Below are positions 46,801 through 58,885 of a stretch of DNA of 64,000 nucleotides, in pieces. How positions within the stretch are numbered: position 1 is the stretch's first letter; each line of letters starts with the position of its first letter. Location of the stretch: assembly GCF_009914755.1 (NCBI RefSeq), contig NC_060934.1; one strand, written 5' to 3'. The notes beneath the pieces were generated by a model, which had not been told where the DNA came from, ran no database searches, and was given only the letters and a program-made list of their open reading frames with translations. The stretch comes from the human T2T-CHM13v2.0 reference genome, Homo sapiens. A program made the position numbers and the translations under genes.

Positions 46801-47093
46801 TAATGTACATGAATGATGTATCAATAATGTTAAATCATTACAGTGGAAATTGCAGTGTTCCAAAATAATAAGTAACAAGCTAACCTAAGGAGAGTAGAAT
46901 TCTGGCTTCCAACTGGCTGAATTCTACAGTCTTACATCAAACAGAAGTCTTATATTTGACTTGATCAAAGGCCACCATCCTCGTCCCTAATAGTGTAAAC
47001 CAGTTAAATCTCTGTTATTATTATTACTATTATTATTTGAGACATTTTATCCTAATGAAAAGTCCACCAAACTGGGAGTTCAAAGATTGGGTT

Positions 47094-47200
47094 ATAAGTC
47101 CCAGCTACTCAGGAGGCAGAGGTAGGAGGATTGCTTGGGCCCAGGAGTTTTGGGTCCAGCCTGAAGAACAGAGAGAGGCCCATCTCTTAAAGAAAAAAAA
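47094..47200 (+). mobile_element. Truncated Alu monomer (FLAM/FRAM-like)
   Basis: TCCCAGCTACTCAGGAGGCAGAGG...GGATTGCTTG..CCCAGGAG and an A tail. TSD is A(A/G)GATTGGGT. Confidence 0.8.
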
Positions 47201-47635
47201 GGATTGGGTGGTTATAGTCTCAAATTGGGGAATATTAACAACTAGTAATGCCACTAATAAGGTTGTTGTGAGGAACAAAAGAGACGTGAAAACACTATAT
47301 AAAAAACCTTTGTGAATTTTAGTGTTTTATTATCAGTACTGGAAATAGCATTAATACTTGCTTTCTAAATGGGGAAACAGTCTCTCTGTTTCTCGTATTT
47401 TTAGTTAAGAGGGCTTTTAAAATTTGCTGTCTTCTGTGATATCTGTAACAATCCTGCAAAAGTGGCAGAGAGAAGAGATTTTGCTTCTTTGTTCTATGTA
47501 CTGGGGGGTTAGGAGAGAAATAAGAATTTTTTAAAAGTCTGACAACTGAAAAAAAAAATATATATATATATATATTTCAAAATCCAAACTAACAACCTTA
47601 CTTTAAGTCTTCGCAAAAAAGTAAACTCAGAGTTA

Positions 47636-47791
47636 CTGGTTTCAAAGTTTAGTGTGCATGAGCTATTTGGGATGCTTGTTGAAAAGGTAAATTCCTAGAC
47701 CCCAGCCTTAGAGATGCTGAGTCACTGGTTCTCGATGGCACAGTATCTGATTCTGATGCAGACAGTCCCAGGACCACTATTAGCAACACTG
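47636..47791. mobile_element. MER5-family hAT MITE
   Basis: TGGTTTCAAAGTTTAGTGTGCAT...GATTCTGATGCAG...GGACCAC...AACACTG. Confidence 0.6.
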
Positions 47792-49470
47792 TCTCCAGGA
47801 TGCACGGACAGTTGTAGGAGTTGAGAGTAGGGGGAACTTGCTGTTTTTCTTCCAACAGAAAGAGAAGGATTCATGACTTGGCTAGTGTTTTGGGTACTGC
47901 GTGATCTAAATGTTTTGAACTAGGATGAGGTGGAGAGAAAAAAAAAAGAGGTCATTTCTAGGCACAGAAGATTGCCAGGGAGCCGACTCCATCCAGAACA
48001 GAGAATTGGGAAGCAGTTAGAGTTGGCATCATCATGAAAAATGGTTAGAGAAAAAAAAAAGGAGAATGAAGGGATATGAAGGAAGTGAAGTGGTCCCAAG
48101 AGTCCAGGTGACATCTTCCATGAAACTTACTCTGAAGCAACTGTTCATTTATACTCCTTCAACCTGAGAGCACACACATTTTTCTCCATTTTATTTCAAG
48201 AATACTTGGAGAAATTGATGCACCTTTACCCCTATCATAGAAAGCTAATTGCACAACCAAGATAGAATTTTAGAATCAACAGGTATTTACAGGCACAGTA
48301 TTTACTATGTATGGGAGATGGTGTTAAGTGCTATGAGGGGTAGTCCTGGCACTTAATGGTTATATGCCTCTCTCTCATTAACAATGTCTTAGACAAATCG
48401 AGTATAATACAAATCGAGTGTAATAATACAATTGACACATTGGGGGCTGCTTCTTGAAATAGCACTTAAAAACTCTGGAGAAACGACCGCATTTGAATAT
48501 TTTCACTAAAACTTTTTGTGCTTTAGCTGTATAAAAAGCACGGTTTTGAACCCAAAGTTTGAACTTAGCGTCTTGGTCTGCTGTAAAAATCTCAGATGGG
48601 CATGCCTTGGGACATATATCAGCATCTCAAAACTAGTTTGCATTGGGGGACTTGCCTTCAAGGTAAACATATTTCCTTTTAATTAAGTGTGCCAGCTGAC
48701 AAAGCAGCTATACACAGACCAGGCAGGAGTTGAAGACGTGTACACTGTTAAAAGATGTCATCTTGTAAGCAGCTAAACATCTCCATCCGTGGAAAAGCCG
48801 CCAGCCTGAGGAACTAAGTGAACATAATTAGAAATACATCTGGGTATTGGCCTCCTATCTGAAAAGGTCACATGCACACCTTCCATTGGTACTGGTTATG
48901 TTCCATCATTATGTTCCGTCCTTGCTCATTCGTCTCCCACTGGTTACCAGATGGCCATGATAATGTCGGTATCCTTAACAACTGTCTAGTGCAATTCCCT
49001 GCAGCATGGTAAGGGCTTGAAATATTGAGTGTTTTCCCTTTGGAGAAGCAAGTGACATGTCTGGGAATTGCTTACAACCGCTCTGATGGGGTGGTTGCGG
49101 AGTGATGGCAAACTGGGTCATGGAGCCTAAATTCAGCTTGATGTTGTACAGGTGGAGGCCACCAAAGCACGGTGTTTGCCATTTCTCAAGCTTAAGATGA
49201 AGGAAGGCTTCATCCATGCAGAATCTGGTGTTTACAAATGAGCACAAAATAAAGTGAGGTGTAAATAAGCATTAAGATCATTATAAGAGGAAGCTTCGCT
49301 AAATTTGCTGAAATGTTCCCCTGAGTTAAGGTGGTTTTGATAGAACTCTCTCACAAGAATGCTTAGGGAGTCCTCCCAGCATGGTTCTCTGAGGTGTGCC
49401 AAGTTACCAGATGGATTTGAGGAACGTTAAAAGAGAGGAGTATGGGTATGGGGAGGGTGGAGAAGGTGGG

Positions 49471-49858
49471 TGTATCAATCAAGTTGGGCTAGATCATGCT
49501 GCAATAACAAATGACCCCCAAATCACCACTGCTTTAGAACAACAAAGGTTTATTTTCTGCTTATGTTATATGTCTCTTTTGGATCAACCAGGGGTTCTGC
49601 TTCATGTTAATTTTACTCCAAGACCCAGACTGGCAGAGTTGCCACTATCCTGGGACATTATAGATGGTCACAGCAAAGACAAAGAGAGATTGTGGTCAGT
49701 GGTACACTGGGTCTTAAAGCAACCATCCACTTCTGTCATATTTCATTGGCCAAGGAAAGTCACAAGGCCACTGGCCTCCAAGAGAGTGAGGCACACAGGC
49801 TTTCCACAGGCCCAAAAGGAGAACAGGAAATAGTTGCTGAACAGCACTCATGACCCCA
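49471..49858. mobile_element. MaLR LTR (MLT1J/K-type)
   Basis: TGTATCAATCAAG...ATGCTGCAATAACAAATGACCCCCAAATC...CATATTTCATTGGCCAAG..AAGTCAC. Confidence 0.7.
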
Positions 49859-49944
49859 GAGCAGATGGCGATGCATTTTAGACCCATGGACATCTTTGGG
49901 GCCAGATGACCTTTTCAGAGGCTCCAAGCACTGAAAAGATTATA

Positions 49945-50334
49945 CAGATGCTTGTTGACTTTCTATGGGGTTACAGCCCAACAAACCAATTGTAAGCTGA
50001 AAATATCAAGTCGAAAAGGCATTGAATACACCTAACCTACTGAACACATAGCTTTCCTAGCCTACCTTAAACGGGCTTGTAACATTTGCCATAGCCTACA
50101 GTTGGGCAAAATCATCTGGCAACACAGTACACTGTAGAGTACCGGTGTTCACCCTCTTGGTCTCGTGGCTGACTGGGAGCTGCCACCCACTGCCCCTGCC
50201 AAGCCTTACAGGAGAGTGTCCTACTGCATATCACCAGCCCAGGAAAAGATGAAAATTCAAAATTCAAAGTATGCTTTCTACTGAATGCATGTTGCTTTTG
50301 TACGTGGAACCATCGTTCAGTTGAGGATCATCTG
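49945..50334 (+). mobile_element. MER47 (Tigger-derived, TcMar)
   Basis: TA-flanked TIRs CAGATGCT...CATCTG, with internal AATACACCTAACCTAC and AGCCTACAGTTGGGCAAAATCATCT. Confidence 0.8.
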
Positions 50335-50752
50335 TATAATCCAATATAAGAGCAATTCCAAACTAGAAATAAATGTAAAGAAGCCCAGCAAAGTTCTACC
50401 TTTCCCTATGATGAGGATGACTTTAATGCTTCAAAAAATGAAGATTCTTTCAAAACAGTTTTTGGGTCCTACTGCTTGCTGATGACACAAACATTACTTA
50501 CTGTGTCTAGAGGGCCAGCCTACTCTTTTCTTTTCTCTGCAAGAAGGTCCACTGTGCGGGTAGCCTGAAGCGTATTCTGTGGGGCTGGATGGGTGAAGTG
50601 GGGCTGGGAGGATGCTGGCATCCCCCAGACTGTAACAAGGATGAGAGTCTTTTTAGTCCCAAACCAGAAGTGATTATTGAAATTATACCATGGCCATGAA
50701 AGTTCTTTGTCAGAGGGAAGAGGGTAATGGAAGTGTTTTCTCGTTTGTCTAG

Positions 50753-50983
50753 GGGAGGACGAGGAAGAAACGAACGTGATAGTTCTCAGCTACCCCCAGT
50801 ACTGCCGGTACCGCTCGATGCTGAAACGCATCCAGGATAAGCCATCTTCCATTCTAACGGACCAGTTTGCATTGGCCCTGGGGGGCATTGCAGTGGTCAG
50901 CAGGAACCCTCAGATCCTGTACTGTCGGGACACCTTTGACCACCCGACTCTCATAGAAAACGAGAGTATATGCGATGAGTTTG
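50753..50983 (+). CDS. ARID5B: ARID5B internal coding exon (exon 4 of the long isoform), N-terminal region upstream of the ARID domain
   Basis: The acceptor is ...gtgttttctcgtttgtctAG (50751-52) and the donor is GTgagt at 50984. The exon is 231 nt, phase 1 at both ends. Its translation (G)EDEEETNVIVLSYPQYCRYRSMLKRIQDKPSSILTDQFALALGGIAVVSRNPQILYCRDTFDHPTLIENESICDEF matches my recollection of human ARID5B. CpG is locally enriched, as expected for a coding exon. Confidence 0.96.
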
Positions 50984-51493
50984 GTGAGTCTTTTTTTTTT
51001 TTTCCTACCTGATTCTTGTGCGTGTGTGCCTAGTTGTTTTCAGTTCTTCTGAAGAGCGGTGATGGGGAACGGGGCTCACTTTCACAAGCCCCATGTGCTG
51101 CCCCACCCCTCCCATCCCCCAAATTATTGCGGCATAAGGCGTCATTGCCTCCTTCGTAGCCTCTGTTTACTATGAGTAAGAGATGATTATTTATAATTTG
51201 TTGTTCAATGTAGAGTCTGAAGTTGCTTGGTCGACCTTGAAATTGGACTTTAGGACAGGAAGCTTTCATGTTACTTTTCTCTCAAAAGGCTTTGTCTATT
51301 CAAATGCTTTTTTATTTAACTAGTCACTCTCTTTTCATTGTTATAAGGTATTGTAAAAATGCACCAATGGTAACCACTTCAGTAGTAAACAGTGAATAGA
51401 TAAATAGATAGAAAGAAAACAACTTCAGTACTGTATGGTGGATAAATAGATAACCACTTTAGTACTGTACAGTAGATAGACACGTAGAGAGAT

Positions 51494-51532
<39 letters not shown>
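51494..51532 (+). repeat. (GATA)9 tetranucleotide STR
   Basis: Direct read. Confidence 0.95.
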
Positions 51533-54500
51533 GATAGGTGATAGATATCCATGTCCTGAATTTTTTCATACACTCATACACACACATGCACACGTACACG
51601 CACATTGTGCCCACCAAAGATGGATACATATCTTAATCTGCATCTCTGCCTAGCTAACTGGTCACGTGTCTCTACATGTAGACAGAAGGGGAGGAGAAGA
51701 AGATATCACATCACCAGTTTGGGAAGCCTTACACGGTGCAGTAGATGGCGAGATGCAAGCCAAGATAGTCGTTCTCTTACATTATCACTTTCTCATCTGT
51801 TTGTTGAGGAGACTGGATCATATCAGTGGTTTTCAGCAGGCTGGGCAGGGATGTCAGAATACCCTGGGGTAGCCTTATCAAACTGCTTGTGTTCCTGGGA
51901 ATTTCTATACTTAGAGGCGTGAACCCCTACCACTCTCACCCTACCCCTTCTCTGGAATCACTACCACAGAGTGACTGCTGGGATGGCTGAGCCCTGCTGA
52001 ATCCCTCATGGCTACCTGGGTGAAGAAGAGGTTGAGACCCTTAGCCTGGAGAGAGCATAGGGTCCCTTTGAACTGAAACATTCCTTGATTTTGTTGGCTG
52101 ATGTTTTCCTGAGAATCACTAGTTGGCAGATTATCCAGATTCAGGTTACTCTGCTTATCCTTTGCAGACCTTGGTATGGTTTCAGGAGTCCACTATGGCC
52201 TCTTAAATTTGATTCTTCATGATTCCAACAGCCCTGGTGCTGCTACTAGAGAAATTTTGCAAGTAGCTATGTGAACAGAGTTGGGGTGAGGATGAGGAGA
52301 TGGCATATGATGATCAAGAAGGAAGGGAAGACAGAGAGAGGAAGGGGAACCAAATGATCTAAGTCCATTAGATTCTAAGAGCCATGACATTTTTTCCCTC
52401 TAAATTGTGTTTTTGGATATCTCTCACAACTCTGGCTTATCAAATGACTGTCATTCTGTAAGAGGGCAACACTGTTTGTATTTATTTTTTCTTCTTCAAA
52501 GAAATTTATTTATTGTCATATTTTTAGTATTCAAATATCCTTTGACTTCAAGTAGATAAATGTATGCAATACATTTTTTTACAATGCCCTCTCTTTTCAG
52601 ATCAGCATTTACAAATCTTCCCTTTTCAATACCTGTGTTTGAGTTTTTCTTCCACATTCTCGGCTCCCAAACGTTGCTTCCTACTTGCCGCTCAAGAGGT
52701 CTCTAAATTCCTGACACAGAATAAAACTGAAAGCATGTGTTCCCTCATTTAAGAGTGTTCAAAATTAGAGTTTCACAACGTAATATGAGGAAAAAAATGT
52801 TTTAACCTTTCTGGTTAATTTAAGAATTATTAGTCATTGAGTTTCAAAGCTGTTGGATCTAGAATTGGTAATAGAAAGAAGTTCCAATTTAACAGCGATC
52901 ACAATGGTTGTTAAGAGTTACTAAATTAGTTTTAAATGTTCTCACAAAAACAAGCATCTGACTTTTGAATGTTTTCCTGAACTTTCTTCTGGTATAGCTA
53001 ATTTTAATGCTGTTTTTCTTCTCCAGCCTCTTAAAGTGGAAGCTTTCTTTTGGAATAAAGGTACCTTTAGAGACCTTCTAGATGGCTAGTTTAATAATTA
53101 GAGTATTAGACATTTTTTAGTTGTTTGTACTTCAAATAGTTTGTACTTCTTACAGACTTTCATGTTAGTAAGTGGACCAAAAAGCTTATTTTGAGCAGAT
53201 TTGAGCAACTTCACTAACATCCCTCCCCACCGTCCCACTTTCGGTCACAACCTAAATTTCCAAAGAGCACCCTTTTAAATCTCCAACTGGTTGCATTTGA
53301 AATTGACATGGGTTAAAGTGTTTGTTAAAATGTGGCATTGAGTTTCTCCAACCAACTAACAGTTGGTGGAAGAACATAAATTTAATTAGTGACTAGCATT
53401 AAACAAATGTTCCTAATATTAAACACTGCCAGATGACTGAAACACTTCTGTCAGATTACCGAGAGTGCCAGGGGGCCCACAGATGAATTTTCTACACAGT
53501 ATATATTCTGTACCACACGTTTGGTGACTTCAGTAATTGGTCAAATGTAATTTAGGTAACAGTATGCCTAGGCTGTAAAAATCAAATTTTATTGGCCATA
53601 TCACCAGGTGGATGAATGGTAGAGCTGATGGCAAAGAGTTTATAGCATTTAGCAGCTACACCTTTGACACATGAAATTCATAAATTGCTGTAAAATACCT
53701 CCAAGGCCCTTCTCAAAAGGACACTGTTTGCTTTCCTATGATTGAATAATGTTTATTTTATTAACTAATATACTTTTTGCTTTCTTCTATTAAATGCGAT
53801 TATGGAGTAGGGGGTGGGAGGAGGTGTTCAAAAGGTAAATAAAACTTGGCTCTTGCTAGTTTTGAGAATTTAAAATCTAATTGGGGAAGACAGGATTAAC
53901 ACACCTGAAAGGTTAACTAATGTTACAAGAAAGTCAATGATTAAGTATTTGATGAGTGTTGCAGAAAGCAAGTGTGGTAGGAATTTAGCAGTGGGCTGGG
54001 AGGTGGATAGAGATGGAAATCTTGGTGAGGGGTCAGGGAAAGCCTCGTGAAAAAGGCAGGGTTTGATCTGGTTTTAAAAGATAGGGAGCAGGTTAATAAC
54101 TACTCATTTCTAATTTAAAAAACTATTGGAAATGTCTAGATTGTTTAAAACTCATGTTCTGACCTCCCATTTTGGGTAATGGCTGCCTTCACCCTGGATC
54201 AACTGTTGATCTGTCTTAGGTTTGTTCTGCCTCTAGTCACTATCCTTTGGGTGGGTTTCATAAATGGCCTGATGTCCTCTCTACCTGTGGGACACACATG
54301 TGACTCAGTGACCAAGCCTGGCAAGAACCCAGGCTGTGACTTTGGAGCTGGGGCTGGCTTTCCATCTTGGATAGGAATGAGTCTGAGTTTTCTCTGTGTG
54401 CCGTGGAGCTTACCTGCATTCCCTGGATTCATCTCTGAAAATAGACTTTGCATTATGGGATGACCTTGCCCAACTGCCCATACACCCCTGCTCCCCACCC

Positions 54501-56813
54501 ACCAATCCCCACTGCTGTTTTAATGTTGTCCACTGAATAACAAGTTTAATTGAACAATGAAAGTAAGGCTTTTAAATCTGCAATGAGTCCCTGTAAATAA
54601 ATTCTCTGTGGAATTTTATGAAGCTATTTAATGAAAAGTTTGATTAGAAACTATTAAAGAAAAATAGAATAGATGAAATTTCATCATTTAGTCCAACATT
54701 ACAGTAGTGTCATTTTGATTTTTATTTACATTGAGATATTCAGAATTGAGTAAATATATCCTGGTTTTAATTAACTATCCTCCTTACTTGGGAAAGGTTA
54801 TTTTAGGCTTGAAGGGTTTTGATAGCATACCATCTGCTTTCTTCACTGTATTTTATTCAGGTCCCTTCCTTGCTTACAGAGCTGTGCAATGTCTAAACCT
54901 ATGACATAAGCATAAATTGAATCGTATTAATGGTAGGTGATTGAAAAGCTTCAGTCTCGACATTCTGCTTGCATTCTTCCATCTTGTCAGTTACACTGCT
55001 CTTAAAGGCAATATGCTCTTTTCTTAGCACAAGAGAATTGACTATTTTTAAAACGAAAGCAACAGACTCCCCATTAAAGCATTATGAAAACTCATTGTAT
55101 TGCACATGCAATTAGGAAATGAGCTTGTAAGACCAATGTGGGGAAAGTGATGTGAATGGCAATTTTTTCTTCATAAGAATCTTTATTCTGTGCATAATTC
55201 CTGCCTCCACCGTCCTGTTAGAATAGCCTGGAGAATCAAGCATTCTCCAACAACCCCTACCTTGCTTTTACCTTTTTAAATGATTCCTCTTTTGTAAAAT
55301 GCATACTGTCATTTATATTGTGTTATTTCCTATGCAATAGAAAAAACAAACACATACAAACATTTTTGTCTATTTTTGTTGTTAGAACAATAAAATGTCC
55401 ACCACTTTGTAATGCACAGTGTTTACATTAATATCACACAGATTGATTTCACATGTGTGAAGTGTTGACAGCTAAATCCAAACAGAGGCACACTCAGTAC
55501 AGTAGATAAAAGGATAACTTTAAGGTACTGGCTTCCATCAAAGATATGTAAGGCAGCTCAATATATATAAATGAGATGAAATCAATTATTCAAGGTGTGT
55601 GGTACTAAATGGCTTAAGAAATGGTTGACTTAAAAAAGAGATACAGTTTATTTTGGTCTGAGGTTTGAATTGCAAAGAAGAATAAGAAGTTGAAGTTGTG
55701 CTTCTGAGTCTTTTGGCAATTGGGATGTGTGTTGGCCTGTCATCAGCTGTTTGGTCCATGTGTAGACACCATGAGCTCTGATCTTCAGGGAGAAGGGGTT
55801 GGCTATGTCAATATGAAAATACACATTCTGCTGGGGACCAGAAAGGAGGGACAGCAGGGTATAGTGAAAGAGTGCTAAGCTTACAGGCAAATAGCCCAGG
55901 TTTAAAATCAGGGCTCAACCACCTGATTCTCTATGCCTCTGGGCAAGTGACATAAGGTCCCTCACTTGCCCCATCTGTAAAATCGGGTAATAACAGCCAA
56001 CTTGCTGGACACAGAATAAGACTGTGTTCACTTGATTTTAAAAAACCCTCTTGATAAATGAAGATTCTCTACTGTTTCTATTAGTCATATGTCTTGCACA
56101 ACTCATACTCATCCAAAATGATCTTGTTTTTCAATCATGAAGGAACCCAATTCCCTAAGGCTCCTGGGGTCTTACTATAATAGAACTTTAATGGAAAAGA
56201 CGAGTTTTCTACTTTTTACAGTATGTTTTTAAAGAGGCTTTTCTATCTCTGTACTGAACTTTCCAGTCCTGTTTTTCCTGTGGAGTGAAATAATGACATT
56301 ATGGACAAAAGAAGAAAAAGAAAAGGGGGAGAACAGAAGAGATGAAGGGACAAAACCTTGAATTTTTATGAAAGGAAATTCAGGACGTATAAAATTAATT
56401 TGAAGCATAAAGGATGAGCTGGACTCTGCCTCTTCCTTTCTGAACATCACATGTTTTGCTGGAAATGAAAGGCAGTTGTTTTGTTAAGGATCATGGGAAT
56501 TTGTAAGTGAGTAAACATTTTTTTCCTTGCCGAAGTAGGTTTCATGGTCACAGTGGATTTCGATGACCAAATGGCTTTGTTCCTGGCCCCTGTCCACATT
56601 CATACTTTCTCTGCCTGCCTGTGGTGCCCACTGATCTCCCAAATGATAAGAAGGCAGACATTTTTCTTTCATTGAAGCTAAGTAGAAAAGGAGTTGTGCT
56701 TCTTGTATATTGCTGTTTATGCAGAAGACCTTAACCTTCAGAGATCTTACTTGGAGGACTGCTTTGTTTTGGAAATTTTCTAGAGGTTTTGTTTATCATT
56801 AAAGAATGGTCTA

Positions 56814-57177
<364 letters not shown>

Positions 57178-57899
57178 CTACCAAAGTGAAAACAAGGAGA
57201 ACCTTAAGGTCATCATATGGCATAGTAAACCAAACCCAACTCAGTGCTGGTAGAGGTGTAATGGATGTGCTCCGTGATACATGTAATGATTAAAAGATGG
57301 ACTCAGCTTCTAAGAGAGTAAGACAAAAGTAGAGCAAGAGAGAAGACCTCCTTGGGCAGAGGCCTCAGAAGCTAGAATATCATTTCTCTTGGGAAAAGAA
57401 TTTTGTGTGTTGCTACTGTAAATTAATTTACAGTCATAATATATGGAATGGCTAAGATTCGAGGATTTCTTTTCTGTTTTTGGAACTTGAAAGGAGATTT
57501 AAAAATAACTCTGGACACCTTTTGTAGCTGAGTGGGCTCAATGGGTTATTAAAAACAATTTGGGCTCATGGGTACAATAAACTTTTGTTCACGCCGTAAG
57601 AAATGATTTGTGTCTATATTGACTAATATTTCACCTAGCATTTCATCTAGAAAAGCGAGAAAGTTATATCCCATTACATTAGCAACATCAACATATTTCT
57701 CTCTAGGGTGAAACTGACATTTTTATCAATTAAAAAACATACATGCTGCAGGAAAGAACCAGGTCATTGAAAAATCACAAGCAAAAGTGCTGGTCTGGGG
57801 TAGTGGTGGTGGAGAGAGATTCAGAATAAGTCTATGTTCGCTTGACTTAAGCAGCCTCCTTGATAAATGAAGATTCTCTGTAATCCCCTTTATTATGTC

Positions 57900-58718
57900 C
57901 TGCCAGGGAACTAGATGGATATAAGTTCCTTGAACTGTAGGTGAGGCTGTGTGGAGATGCTTAGAGCCTATTACAGTGCCTGACACATGATAGGCTCTCA
58001 TTCATTCATTCATTCATTCATTCATTTAACCAGGGTTTATTCCACAGCTATTATATGTGAGGTGCTGTTCTGGTCTATGAGGACAACAGTTGTGAACGAG
58101 ACAGAAAATTTCCCACTTTTATAGTATGTGGAAAGGGGAGTGACAAAATGTGAGATAACTGTGGACCTGACCTCACAGGTATTGACCTCACAGGACTATT
58201 GTGAAGATTAAATGAGCTAATGAGTAAAAGCACTTAGATGGTCCATGTAAGTGCTGTTTAAGTACTCATTGTTAACCTACCCTTCTTGTGCCTCTTGCAG
58301 CACCCAACACAACCTTAACCACATACTGGTTCTGTAGTGGTTCCTCAGAAAACACCCACAAAATTATTTCATATTGATACAGACTGCTGGGGAAAATGAA
58401 GTATGTCATTTGCTATTAAAAATCATTCCACATCGCTTATTCCAGAAATACTTGTTTGTTTGTCCCTCTGCATGGAATGTATATCCCCAGATATCACAGA
58501 TCTGGCTCTTTCCCAGATCATTTGGGCCTTGGCTCAAATATCTCCTCCCCAGGGAAGTCTTCTCTGACCATCCCTCTTCCACAAGCCCAGCTCTATCCCA
58601 TCACCCAGTGTGTCATTATCTTTCTGTAACTCATCATTATCTGAAATTAACTCCTATATTTGTTTCTTTACATGTTTACAGTCTGTCCCGCCCCCTCCAC
58701 CCACCTCCCCCGCCCCAC

Positions 58719-58760
<42 letters not shown>

Positions 58761-58885
58761 CACATAAGCTCTTTGTAAATGTATATAGGGATTTTCTGTC
58801 TTATTCACAGCCATGTGTGCAGGCAACAGAGCAGTACCCAGCACATAGTAGCTGTAGTAAATATTGGTTACATGAATGGATGGAT
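57900..58885. mobile_element. Cluster of L2 and MIR fragments with (TTCA)n and (CA)19
   Basis: L2 3' ends (CAGTGCCTGACACAT..TAGG; CCAGCACATAGTAG..TAAATATT..TGAATG), (TTCA)n at 58000-58025 and (CA)n at 58720-58757. Confidence 0.7.

Noticed and set aside
49396-49833. 145-aa ORF
   Set aside because: It lies over a MaLR LTR, starts at GTG and has no recognisable domain.
50776-51012. 78-aa stand-alone ORF from the track
   Set aside because: It is the spliced ARID5B exon read from an internal GTG and past the donor. The true limits are 50753-50983.
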